Shown piece after piece: positions 13,560 through 25,174 of a stretch of 64,000 nt of DNA (its first letter is position 1; every line of letters starts with the position of its first letter). This DNA is from Geosiphon pyriformis uo1 (lineage: Eukaryota > Fungi > Glomeromycota). The position numbers and the translations under genes are program-made. The stretch covers positions 124,001 through 188,000 of the forward strand of contig JAAOMT010000690.1 in assembly GCA_016748015.1 (NCBI GenBank), given 5' to 3'. Below the pieces are notes generated by a model. It searched no databases, had not been told where the DNA came from, and saw nothing but the letters and a program-made list of their open reading frames with translations.

Positions 13560-13700
13560 GAGATATGAGCGATTATCCCGGATGGATTAACATATCAATA
13601 ATAGGCAATATTAAGAATTGCTATGTAACGCTTATTATTTCCTGCGTGGTCACTGTAGACTAAGGCTCCATAAAGCAATGTCCGGAGGAAGATTTTATGT
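13560..13700 (-). ncRNA. Candidate omega-RNA (right-end RNA) scaffold plus flank-derived guide of the Fanzor element
   Basis: It lies directly 3' of the nuclease gene and contains a stem-loop ATAG(G)CAAT/ATTGCTAT at 13601-13624 with outer AATAAT/ATTATT arms. Position is by analogy to TnpB/Fanzor; there is no expression evidence. Confidence 0.35.
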
Positions 13701-15051
13701 CTATCCATAATAAGTTTACAATTCCGGATATTTCCACGCCAGCTACAAGTTTTAAAGGTATTGGATGATAACTCGTGCTCACAATTCTTCTGCCTTGGTG
13801 ATCAGACGTTGACGTAATCGATAGTGTATCTTTCTAACTTTGTCGTGTGATTTCTCTCGTTTTTTGATTCACCATCAAAGGGAGGAATGAAAATAGCATC
13901 AAATTCATGAGTGAAAAATTTGACAGCCTTTCTATCTGCAAGTGTAAGATCTTGTGATGCATGCACCCAATCCCGTTTTCTAATATTTTGGCTTTAGCTT
14001 TCTTACGTTTTGAGGAGGTATTTCATTTATCTTTCTTTGAGCAAAGGTCATCAAAGAATTAACAATACGACTGATGTCACAAGAGCCTATTTTGCCTACA
14101 CTCTTTGTTGGGGTCTATGGAGACTGCATAAACAGAGCCATCTGCTTGAGTTTTGTGGAGCTGTTCTTACGTTTCGTATACCTAGGCAAACTTCCACTCA
14201 TTAATTTTGCGATAGTAAATGAGCTTGTCATTATATATAATCTTGTGTGGATTAGGCATTTTTACATTTTTTTTTCGAAGTGTAGAGGCCATAGTACATT
14301 TTATCCTGAAAAATAAAGTATAAAAATGGCATAAATGCGACATAAATAAAGATATAAACAATTTATTATCTTTACCACATGTCGATGTGCACATGCTGGA
14401 GTGTGAAGGTAAGATAGATAGAAGCGATTCCAAGGTAACTTGGTAAAATTCTGAAGTGCCTTACGAGATTGACAAGATTTTTTATTGATGCATCTTCTTC
14501 TCACTGCATTACGTTTAATAACTTCCTTTCGCGCAACCAATGCCTTGATCAATCGCTTCGTCTGTGATGTTGGCAGGAGCTCAACCTACGCAAGAGCATG
14601 CCAAGATGGAGAATCCCTCTGCAAAATTTTCTTTCACCCCAGATACCCGAAACATCATCAAAAGAAGACGTTTTGTTGAAACGTCATATCCTTTTTCCGT
14701 GATATCATCTTGTTTCATAAATGATGGACGCCTTTTGCTCCATCCTATCACAGTACTAAAGGCAAATCTCGCCAAGCCCATTCATCGCTTCAATAGCCGC
14801 TTCTGAGGATGATTGAGATACATTCTGACTAGTAACGTGCAGTTCCGTCTTCTGGCGTTTTGCCACGAGCCGCTGTTGCCTTTCCCTTGTGCAGAGAACT
14901 ACGAGTTTTGTAGAATGGAGGGAGAAGATGTATTGGGAGAGCTCAAAGGAAAACAGCAGTCAATCAGAGTAGGTAATTGCAACCTCCGAGACAGCACCGT
15001 GGCTTGATCGTTCCAGTAAGGTCTTAAGTCCCTGGCGCTTGAAGTTGACCC
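13655..15051 (-). pseudogene. tnpB: TnpB/Fanzor2 RNA-guided nuclease pseudogene
   Basis: In order: STSSARDLRPYWN..LQLPT, HTH RMYLNHPQKRLLKR*MGLARFAF (14826-), APANITDEAI, QSRKA, RuvC-I VSIDP (14124-14110), KIG..DISRI, IFIPPF (13894-13877), HYRLRQRLITKAEEL (13826-13782), KTCSW.G (13753-13733), RNCKLIMDR and IFLR (to ~13682). There are many small deletions. Confidence 0.85.
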
Positions 15052-15200
15052 AGAGCCAGTATTGCTGACAAGCTCATATGTCGGGAATCGGGCGAGAAAT
15101 TATTTTTGTCGCTCAAGATCTCTTTTTGCTTTGCATTAGAAAGATGGGCATAGAGTTAACCTTTCTTGGTATCAACATTTTGTGAAGTTAGCTCAGGAAA
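14840..15200 (-). pseudogene. tnpA: IS607 transposase (serine recombinase, TnpA) remnant
   Basis: LYAHLSNAKQK (15155-15123; consensus YARVS..KQK), DLERQ (15120-15106), FLARFPTYELVSNTGSG/VNFKRQGLKTLLER, EVAITYSD*L.FSFEL (DRL.RF.FEL) and KLVVL. The N-terminal MerR-like HTH and helix E are largely deleted. Confidence 0.85.
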
Positions 15201-15319
15201 GAGGAAGCATTTATTTTCGCGATTTTGAATCTGATAATCATTACTATGTAGTATTTTTTATTGATAGGCATTATTAAGCAAATCTTTTCATCAGTTCAAC
15301 AAAGATACTTTACGTTAGA

Positions 15320-16610
15320 ATGAACATCCTATGGCTCCTTGTCATATTGTTTACACTTTTTCAAAGAATCGCTGGATACACTGCATTTTCAGATGAGAAA
15401 ATCCGCGCAACGAGTAATATAACAGCTCCAGCCAATTCTATAGAGAAGTTTCTTGATTCATTTCTAGTTCCCCGAGTACCTGGCACTGAATCCCACGCAA
15501 AAGTACAACGTTTTATCATCACCCACTTTGAAAAGCTTGGGTGGCACGTAGAACAAGACAATTTCACAGACACGACACCGCTTGGAAAAAAACCCTTCAG
15601 TAACATTATAGTGACAAAAGACATCACTGCTTCTAAACGTCTGGTACTGGCCGCGCACTATGATTCGAAATATTTTGAACCTCCTAACCATAATTTTGTG
15701 GGAGCAACTGATTCGGCTTTCTCTTGTGCTCTACTCTTAGACTTGGCTTTTAATTTAGACAAATTGTTAAATCGTAGATCAAACTTAGAGACTACTCTGC
15801 AAATCATATTTTTCGATGGTGAGGAGGCTTTTCAGGAATGGACTGCTACAGATTCACTTTATGGGTCAAGGTAAGTTCTATCGAAATTGGGGTGTTGGAA
15901 AGCCGAGGCTTCTAATTCTTCGAATCAAAAATGGTTACGACCCAATGAACATTGATATATATTTGCCATTAGAAATTGTACTAATCTGACTTGTGAATTC
16001 GAATCCGATTCTTCGCGATTAAATCCGTCATGTCATATGTTGGTCTGTTGAATCTTAGGCATCTCGCGACAAAATGGGAACAAACCTATGTCACGAGGAC
16101 CGATTATTTTCAACATCATGCAACATCATTATTAGATGGCATAGAGGTTTTCGTATTGCTAGACTTGCTAGGTGCGAAGGATCCCCAGATAAAAAATTTT
16201 TTTCAAACAACCTCATGGCTCTATAAAAATCTGGCTCGCATTGAGAACCGTCTTTGGGAGCAATCTTTATTACGCGGAGACGAAAACGACTTGGAAAAAG
16301 AATTATATTTTGACCCAAAAATGCTTTACGCTTTTTATCAATATGGGGTTGAAGACGATCACCTTCCATTCTTGCAAAAGGGTGTTCCTATTGTTCACAT
16401 CATACCATACCCCTTTCCGTCAGTGTGGCACAAGTTGGAAGTAAGATTTGTTTTTTCAAGATATAGTCTTTGTTCAAATTACTTGCTTTCTCATCGCTGT
16501 TCTCATACTTCCAAAAGGATAATAAAGACGCTTTGGATCCTGAGGTTATGCATAATTTGAATCTTATTTTTCGTGTTTTTGCTGCTGAATATTTACACCT
16601 CGATCCATAG
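15320..16610 (+). CDS. Glutaminyl-peptide cyclotransferase (peptidase M28 family), signal peptide; exons 15320-15870, 16059-16440, 16518-16610
   Basis: Motifs RVPGT, LAAHYDSK, GATDSA, IFFDGEEAF..WT.TDSLYGSRHLA, LLDLLG, EDDHLPF and PFPSVWH. Hydrophobic N-terminus and in-frame GT-AG introns. Confidence 0.92.
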
Positions 16611-16842
16611 TCAATAATAATATTAACACAGGAACACCCTAAATGTCAGTGACTTGAGGGGTTTCCAAATATCACATCCTGAATATGTAATTTTTCAAGA
16701 AGTTTTTATATGGGTTTAAGGTTTATAAATCAATGTTAAACAACGTATTTTTATATTATACATAGTACAATGCAAATAGATAATAGTGTTTATACAAACT
16801 GGTTCAAAAATTATTTCTATTGATCAAGTGTCCTGCATTATA

Positions 16843-19800
16843 CTAATAAGGCATACCATCAAATTTAATGTCTCCCGGTATATCTTCATCAAATTCACTT
16901 TCCTCTTCCTCATCTTCATTAATATCATTGTCTTGGACTTGTTCCGATTCCCCCTCAGAACCTTCGTCATCACCATCTTCTTCTTCATACCTATATTTTT
17001 CATCCTGATTATTGTTACCTTTGTCTAATGTAATGTCCATGCTTCCGGGCATATCAAGATTGCCCTTTATGTAAGGGTTATGATGAAGTCGGCGACTTCT
17101 TTTTTTACTATAACCATTGATTATTCCATTTTCAATTGTATCTGATTTCGATTCGTTCACAACTATCAAACCGTTAAGATCCGAATTTCTTGGGGAAGAT
17201 AATATAGATACTCGTTCTAAGGAGGCAGGTGCCGAAAAGGTTGGTATGGGTTGCCTTGGCTTACCATCGCCTCTGGTGATACTTCCTGTCAAGCTCCGAA
17301 TCATTCCTAGTCTAGGGGAACTAGCAGGTTGACTACCTGGTGAAGATGGTGTCACAGTTGAAAGGTTTGTGGCATAAATTTCAGGTGGAATTTCTATTTT
17401 TGGCAATGGAGATTTCCAATAATTCCATTCATTATACTCAGTGTCCCATTTTTTTGCCCCAATATGGGGAAACATCTGATCAACTAGATCACTCAGGTCA
17501 ATATATCTACAAAGAGAATGTTTATACATTTTGTTAAAATCTTCGCTGAGGGTGATCGATTTCCTGACATCTTTAACTTACGATGACTTATACCCAGACA
17601 AAAGTTCTAGTTTCACTGTCCCATTGGAATCGATTGTAAAAATTCTAGAAGGAGGAACATCTACGCTTCTATAAGAAAGTGCATCCTGTTGAAGAAAAAC
17701 TGATTAAAATTACGTGTGTATGAATCTGCTTCAAGAAAAATATGATCCTTTACTGTTATTCTGTTTCCAAATCCGGCAAAAAAAGGATTCCGGTCATCGA
17801 AGAGTTTTCTCACATCACGTAAACAAGCCATCTTAAACACTTCTGGTTTACGTATTATGATTTCACTAGAATTCATTGTGAGATCATTGAAAAATTTTGT
17901 TTTGGCAAAAAAATCAAATTAGGGAAAGAAATTGTTACCGGTGGAAAGCTGTAAGCAACCGATCAGGTGACATGATGACAGGACCATCAGGCAATTGATA
18001 TTTGTTTTGTTCTACTTTTCTCAAATAGTCCCTAGTGTAATCCGCCTTTATCAAAATATTTTTGAAAGTTTAGAAAAATATTTTCTATTGAAATAATAAA
18101 AATTATAACTCACCTGTCCTATAGCACGACTTGTTAAATATAATATTTGATACCCATTATTTTGGATATCAGAGTAGAGCTTAGCCACGCCAGAATGCGT
18201 CCAATCTTTACCAATCATTGTAAAGACATGGCCAAGGGCATCAGATCTGATGGACATAGAGAAAAACAACGATACCATTAAAGTGTGTGAAATAATAATT
18301 TTTTTAAAGGTCACTTTCGCAATCTACATTTGCACTGACTTTGTAATGGTGCCATCTATATCGGAGATCACAATTTGGGTATTATAATCCCAAAAAAATA
18401 ATTTAGCCACGCACGTAGCCTTTCCTTGATAAGAGGAAGCTACCGAAAAAGATATCGTATTTACTCCTTTTTTTAAGTTAAGCTTTTTCTGATAATTGAT
18501 AGAAAATACTATTTGTAACATATTCAATATAAAGCTTTGAAATAGAGGGGAATTATTAAATACTTACTAGTTGCTCTGAGGTAAGTCTCAATGATTTTGC
18601 GTAATTTTTAGGATGCTTTACCGATGCTTGCTGCTGCTGTTGCTGTGGCGTTTCTTTTTGAGATTTGGATGTCTGAAAATTCGAAAATCAAAATCAGTGA
18701 GCTGGTAACAACAGAGATTTGTGTAAAAAATTTTGCACTTTCAAACCTTTCCCAAATCCAATGTGTTTCTCTCCTCGCTCACTTTTGCGGCATCATCAAT
18801 AGCGTTATGAGAGCCAGAGCTACGGAACCATCGACTCCAACCTCTGCCGAAACTATATCTTCGACGATCAGACTTTGGTAATGCTTCTAATTGTGTTGTT
18901 GTTAAAGAGGATATGGCTGATTCTGGTAGCGGTTTTTGAAAAGCAAGAAGAGACACGATTATCGGAGCGGCAGTGGCCCAATTATAATATCTTCATTATT
19001 CGAAGGTCATTAAAACAAATATGAAAAATTGATTATACGCCGTTTCATAATCATAGTATATAAAACTCTTAATAGTAATAACACACCTGTCCTTGTACTT
19101 GAACACCAAAGCTTTTTCGGATAAGATGTGAGGATTTTCACAAAAATGTTCATATGTTATTTCATTTTTACGAAACCTTTCTTCATTAACGGTCTAGGTC
19201 ATTAAATCAAAGATAATATGTAGGATATATACTAGACTTGACGAATATTCATTAAAAAAACCGGAAATTTTGGACACTTACTTCGTCACTGCCAAACGTC
19301 TCGATACCGCAGAGCGACATTGCAATCCGATAACTTTTGCCATCGACCTCAAGACCTGAGGTCTCATCCTGTTGATTAGAATCGTTTTCTTTCCACTCTT
19401 TTTCCTTAGGACCATCTCGCCATTGCTCAATCTTCTCGGAATTTCTGACAGGCAATGCACCCCATCGCCATGACCATTCTTGAGGATATGCAGATGGTTT
19501 TTTGGGTTCATACTAAATAAATGGACTTAATGATAAAAAATTCGTCTATTCTACAAAATTAGAACAATGATTTCTAAAAAGAACACACCTCTAGTTCAGT
19601 GTCGCTTAGTGGGCTAACACGAATTGGGTGGCGCTCGTTGCTGAATTGTCCGTAAAAGAAAATCAGATATATTGGGTTGAATTCTCAAACTCAAATAGTC
19701 TTAATATTCATACAGATTTTCGGGTTTTCTAGTTTCCTCCAGTTCTGTATCTGAGAACGGTCCTTCGGGTTTTTCCCCTAAAATTATTTTGAATATTATG

Positions 19801-21815
19801 ATCAATGGATGCTTTTGATGAAAATATTGGAAAATGCGCCAAATTCTTCAATATTTTGGTAAAAAGAATAACGATGAATATCGGAAGCAAAAATTCAGGC
19901 ACCAGTATCATCAAAAGCACCAGTGTAGAAGGCTTGGCAATAGTCAAGACACCAATCATCCAAGAACAGAATATCTTTGCTTGTGCGAAATTTTGCTTGG
20001 TATTCTAGGGAAACAAACCAAAGATATATTACGCACATAAAGGAAACTCGTGTGGCAGTGATGATGTCCTTTCAAATTGTAGTCTTGTTGTTATGGTTTC
20101 TTGGGTTCGCTGATCAATGACAAAATTCTCAAGACTGTTCGCCGAAACATGAGTGTAACTTTGGTTTGAATTATAGTCAGTGTCTGAAGACAGTCCTGGA
20201 TCTTTGTCGTCTATTGCATTTTTGTTACAAAATATATTTCCTTGTGCTTCAACTATGAGGGGATTATTATTGTTTTTCTTTTTTGATTCATTTGCCAACT
20301 GAGGCTCGCTAATGGAATAATCGAGGCTTTGTTGTTCAGGCCAGGAGTTTACCTCACCAAGGTAACTTCTAGGATTGATTTCATCAAGAAGGCTGTTATG
20401 CTTGTCTGATTTTTGCTGGCTTTCTCCACCATATTTAAGGCTATCTTCATTAAAGAGTTCATTTTGGAATTGTCGGTCCTTAACCTGAGCAAAAGTTGAA
20501 TCGAGTTCACCTTCCAATAAATTATCAGGTGAAATCCCAGAACGATTGGTTTGCTTTAAAGACATCCTCTCAATTTCCTTTTCATCATCATGATCGTTAT
20601 CTCTCTCTTGTTTGTGATCCTCAATTGGGCCTTCGGTAGCTTCTTAAATTCAGCCAGTCCGTTAGTAAAATGGGTTTAAAGAGTTTCATTGGTAAAAATA
20701 CTACCTACCTGTTGATTCGACAGAAACTGGCTTGATTGGTTTTGACTCTAACTTATCTGTATTATTGACAGAAGACATAGTTTCATACCCATTAGCCGAT
20801 TCTGCCAACTGTTCTTCGTGATCTGTAATTCCTTCTCCATTTATCCCGGTTTTTTCAAGTAAAGAATTTTGAAAATCAGGAAAAACATATTGGGTTTTCA
20901 AGGGTACATCATTAGATGGAATATCTTTGGTAAGGTTTGGCTCATCGGGTTTTGTGAGATTTTCCACGGCATCTCTACCCACAATAGATTCAAGTAATGA
21001 CAGATTTTCCGGTTCTGCGACTAAAACCTTTCTTTCATTATCGCCATCATATCCATCTTCCGTCCCAAGATCTAATAAGAGTTAGACTACTGATTATTCA
21101 AAAGCATACTTAATAATAAGGATCAAAAAAAAATATACCTGAATTATTGACATCTGATGATTGGGGAAAAACTCTCTCTAATTATTAGAAAAAGCGTAAA
21201 ATTTTTAATTAGCAAGTGACTCAAAGAACATTATTTTATAATGAATTTACCGCGATCCATGAATGGATAAGTCGTTGGGCGGATACTTGATTCCCCTAAA
21301 TCGAAAAAATCAGGTTCCTGTCAAGAAATGGGAATTTACCTTTATTCAATACGATAGACTAGCACTTCTTAAATGGCACATTTGAAGAAGGAACAAACCT
21401 CTTCATGAGGAGCCGGTTGAGTAGGACCGGCAAGCGGTGATGTTTGGAGCTCATGTGGTACCTCATTGTCCATTTCAATTATGAAAAATGCCTCCCCTGC
21501 CTCCCCAACTTTCATAGGAAAGTCAATTAATTGACCATTCACGGTGATCTCAACCTTAATTTATCAGAAGATTCTAATTAAAATTATGAATTTGCATCCC
21601 ATTCTTACGAGAGGAGCTGTTTAGGAATAGAGTACTTTTTTCTCTTGGGGTCTTAACACCGACAATTTCCCAAATCTAACATGAAAGGGAGAACAAGCTA
21701 GTTCCCCATCAGGCCGTTCAATTACAATAACATCAATTGCACCGGAAAGTGTGGCGGGATTGATTTCCCTGTAAAATTGATTAAAGGTGGAAACGAGTTT
21801 GTAAACCGATTGCAT
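16843..21815 (-). CDS. PAH1: Lipin / phosphatidate phosphatase (multi-exon)
   Basis: [18 protein letters not shown]...[17 protein letters not shown] motif [39 protein letters not shown] and the conserved W..W of 'YNEWNYWK'. Confidence 0.93.
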
Positions 21816-22030
21816 TTAAGCACTGAGACTTTTTTATAGCGAGACTCTTCTAAAAGAGTATAAAATTTCCTGAGCCTCTTGAAATAGTTTTTTCAAAAAG
21901 GAATTAATCAATGTAAGTTAAAATATAATAGAGGCTAAATTTAGTAATAGTTTTGTCACTGAAATCTGAAGATCACCCAACAAAAGAAAGTTGTGGGGAT
22001 CACTTGGCTCACGTTTTTATTTTGGCAAGC
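21816..22030. promoter_or_regulatory. Putative bidirectional promoter between divergent PAH1 and UTP25
   Basis: The start codons at 21815 (minus) and 22031 (plus) are head-to-head, 215 bp apart. Confidence 0.45.
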
Positions 22031-25000
22031 ATGGTCAAAAAACATTCCTCGTCATATAGTACACTAGTAGGACTTTTGCAGAAGGATTCTAAACATCAAA
22101 AATCAACGAAAAGGAGAAAGTTAGATCAGCGACAAGTTATCACGCACGAACAAGAACAAGAAAAAAGTGAAAAGAGTGGAGGTTTACGCGAAATTTTTGT
22201 TGAACAAGAGATTATAGAGGATAAGGGAATAAAAGAGGAGGAAAACAAAGATTCTGAAGACGAGGATGAACACCAAGGTTTCTCCCCGAATAGTGCTACA
22301 TTAACATCAATTGTTATGAGTAACTCCGGAAACACGCCTTAAAATCTCAATTCTTGACGTAGATGAACTTGAAAAACATTTTGGTGATTCTATGTCGACT
22401 AACATGAAAGATAGAATTTCAGTTGTTCAGAATAAAAATTGGAGCATCTCAAATTATGAAGATTCAGTTTTAAAATTAGTATCAAAATATTCAGCGATTG
22501 TAACGCTGGATAGTAAAGGAAAGGGAGAAACTTCAAAAATATCTGCTGATGTGCATTTTTCTAAGGTGCGACTTGTGCACGCGTTTATCTTTTGATTCGG
22601 ATTGTTTGTATTTCTCAAATAATCTAATGTGTAATCTACAGATAAAAAAGAAGTTGCATGAGCCTTGGGGGAAATTTCAAATTAGTAAGAAATATATATA
22701 TATTTGAAATTCCAATGAAATTGGAAATTTACCTTTCATTTGATAAAATCTATTCGATTCATACAAATTAGATGGGGAACCTTTTACTGATTTGCAATTA
22801 AGTCTGATTTCCCATTTTTTGCAATACCATGATATTCTATACACAAATCGAAATATTGAAAATGCCTACGAAATAAGACAAATTTACGCACTTCACGCAA
22901 TGAATCACGTTCTTAAGTAAGATTGATTGCCTTTGGTATTTATTGGCTTTGATAGATGGTCTGTAAGGATTACATGTGTCAAATTCAAACCTTTTTGAAC
23001 AAAAAAAGGATAAGAAACCGTGTGTTAAAGAATAACGGCAAACTTGCCCGTGCTGAGACAGTCAAAAAAGAGATCGGGTAAGAAATACCTCCTGAATTTT
23101 TGTGATTTATTTGGGACTAATATTCTTTTGCATTGATTCAGTGAGCTCCGTGATCAAGGGTTCACTAGGCCCAAAGTTTTAATTCTTGTACCTTTCAAAA
23201 ATTCAGTGGTAGATATAGTCAAAATTTTAATTCATTTATCAGCTACGCAACAACAGGTAAATATGATAGAAATTACCCAAGAGCGTCAGCTGAAATTATT
23301 TTGACATGTGCCGTATTTTTTTATTTTCTGAAAAATCAGGAAAACAGGAAAAGATTTTTTGAAGAATTTGATATCAAACCTACCGAGGAAACCATCAATC
23401 CTAACAAGCCAGGTTTGAGCGATTCTCTCATGCATACAGGATTCTCGAAAATTATTAATTATATTAATCTTATTAAATTTATCAGCTGATTTTTTGGCTA
23501 CTTTTCGGGGGAATATTGATGATGCATTTCGAATTGGGATAAAATTCACACGAAAAACGATGAAGTTTTATGCCAATTTCTATTCGGCTGACATCATCAT
23601 TGCTTCGCCTTTGGGCCTGAGACTGATCATTGGGGCAGAGGGGTAAATTCTTTAATTATATGTTTCATCAGATAATACGGAATTAATTTTTCTCTTTGAC
23701 GGTTTTAATTACCTTTGACACAGTGATAAGAAAAGAGACTTTGACTTTCTTTCTTCGATAGAAGTACTCATACTTGACCAATGCGACACATTTTTAATGC
23801 AAAATTGGGATCATGTTGAGGTAATTCAAGTTAAATAAGCAATCAAAATTTTTGATTGATTTGTGGTTTTTTCCCACGCTCTTTTTTTATTCATCTTAAA
23901 TATAGTACATTTTTGATCACATCAATCTGATCCCAAAAGATGCACACGATTGTGATTTTGCAAGAATAAAAAATTGGTACCTTGATGGCAGGTTAGTGCT
24001 TTTGTCGCAATCATTCGTGACATTTTTTTTGTATCTTGAACTTATTTATCTTTGGTTTTTTCTCTCGTGATGGGACATAGTGCAAAATATTTTCGCCAAA
24101 CGCTGATATTTTCCGATTATCTGACACCAGAGATGAACTCATTGTACAATAAATATTTATTGAATATTGATGGGAAATTGAAAATTAAACAATTGTATCA
24201 AGGGGCGATATTAAATGTAATTCCTTTGGTTCAACAGGTAATCCAATAATTTAAGAGTTAATTATCAAATATCTCTGAATTGGCCTTTATTAATCTGCCT
24301 TTTTTCCTTTCTTTGTTTTTAATATGATGTGATTAAGATATTTACCCGTTTGGATTCTCCCACTCTATTAGAGGCAGATGATATAAGATTTAAGCATTTC
24401 ATCGAAAAGGTGAGGAGAGAAAATTGCTGATATGCCCATATTATTTGAAGATATATTTCAGACTTTTCAAATTGTAAACTATAAATATGATTTTAAAAGA
24501 CCCTGCCAGCTTTACGGAAATCAACTATGATCAATCAAAATCACACTATGATATTTATTCCTTCGTACTTTGATTTCGTACGTGTGCGAAACTATTTTGA
24601 GGATACTGCGTATTCTTATTCTGCCATTTGCGAGTAAGGAAAACTTGATTTTGCGTTTATATTTTTGCGTGGGCCTTCTCATTCATTTCTGATCAATATA
24701 AATTTGCATTTCATGAATAGGTACACATCTGCCCCTGAGGTAACGCGAGCTCGTGCCCATTTTTTAAACGGCAAGAGGGATTTTTTAATTTACACCGAAA
24801 GATTACATTTTTTCAGAAGGTAAATTGTGATTATATATAAAATCTCGTCCTTTTTATTTAGAGATCTTATATTTATTGATTTTTTTCCTCTGTACGCTAT
24901 ACATTAAAGGTATCGTATTCGGGGTGTCCAGCATATCGTATTCTACGCGTTGCCGGATAATCCACAATTTTACCCTGAGCTGTTGAATCTTATTACCCCG

Positions 25001-25174
25001 TCTATGGATGAAGATCTTTCAGCTTTAGGGACAAATCAGACACCTGTTATTAATAGATCTTCTTGCCATGTCTTATTCTCAAAATATGATCATTTAAAGC
25101 TGGAACGAATTGTTGGTAGCACTCAACTTCAGCGGATGTTGTATGGAAGCAAAAGTATTACTATCTTTTCTTGA
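22031..25174 (+). CDS. UTP25: U3 snoRNA-associated protein 25 (DEF/UTP25), multi-exon
   Basis: Exon translations [95 protein letters not shown] and LERIVG. Confidence 0.9.

Larger units (their letters stand above)
13577..15280 (-). mobile_element. Degenerate IS607-family element encoding TnpA serine recombinase plus TnpB/Fanzor2
   Basis: Ordered tnpA and tnpB motifs on the minus strand across frameshifts, a 15-bp motif shared by both ends (13601-13615, 15264-15278) and a GG at the putative right end. Boundaries are approximate. Confidence 0.85.

Noticed and set aside
14668-14685. Perfect 7-bp hairpin GACGTTT/AAACGTC inside the Fanzor gene
   Set aside because: It is too short to distinguish from chance and is not near an element end.
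14010-15007. Short plus-strand ORFs as exons of an unknown host gene
   Set aside because: They carry no recognisable motifs, and the minus-strand tnpA/tnpB reading explains the region.
13577-15280. Bacterial contamination or misassembly as the source of the IS607 element
   Set aside because: It is pseudogenised, has a possible intron and lies between two intron-containing fungal genes. Long-read confirmation is still advisable.
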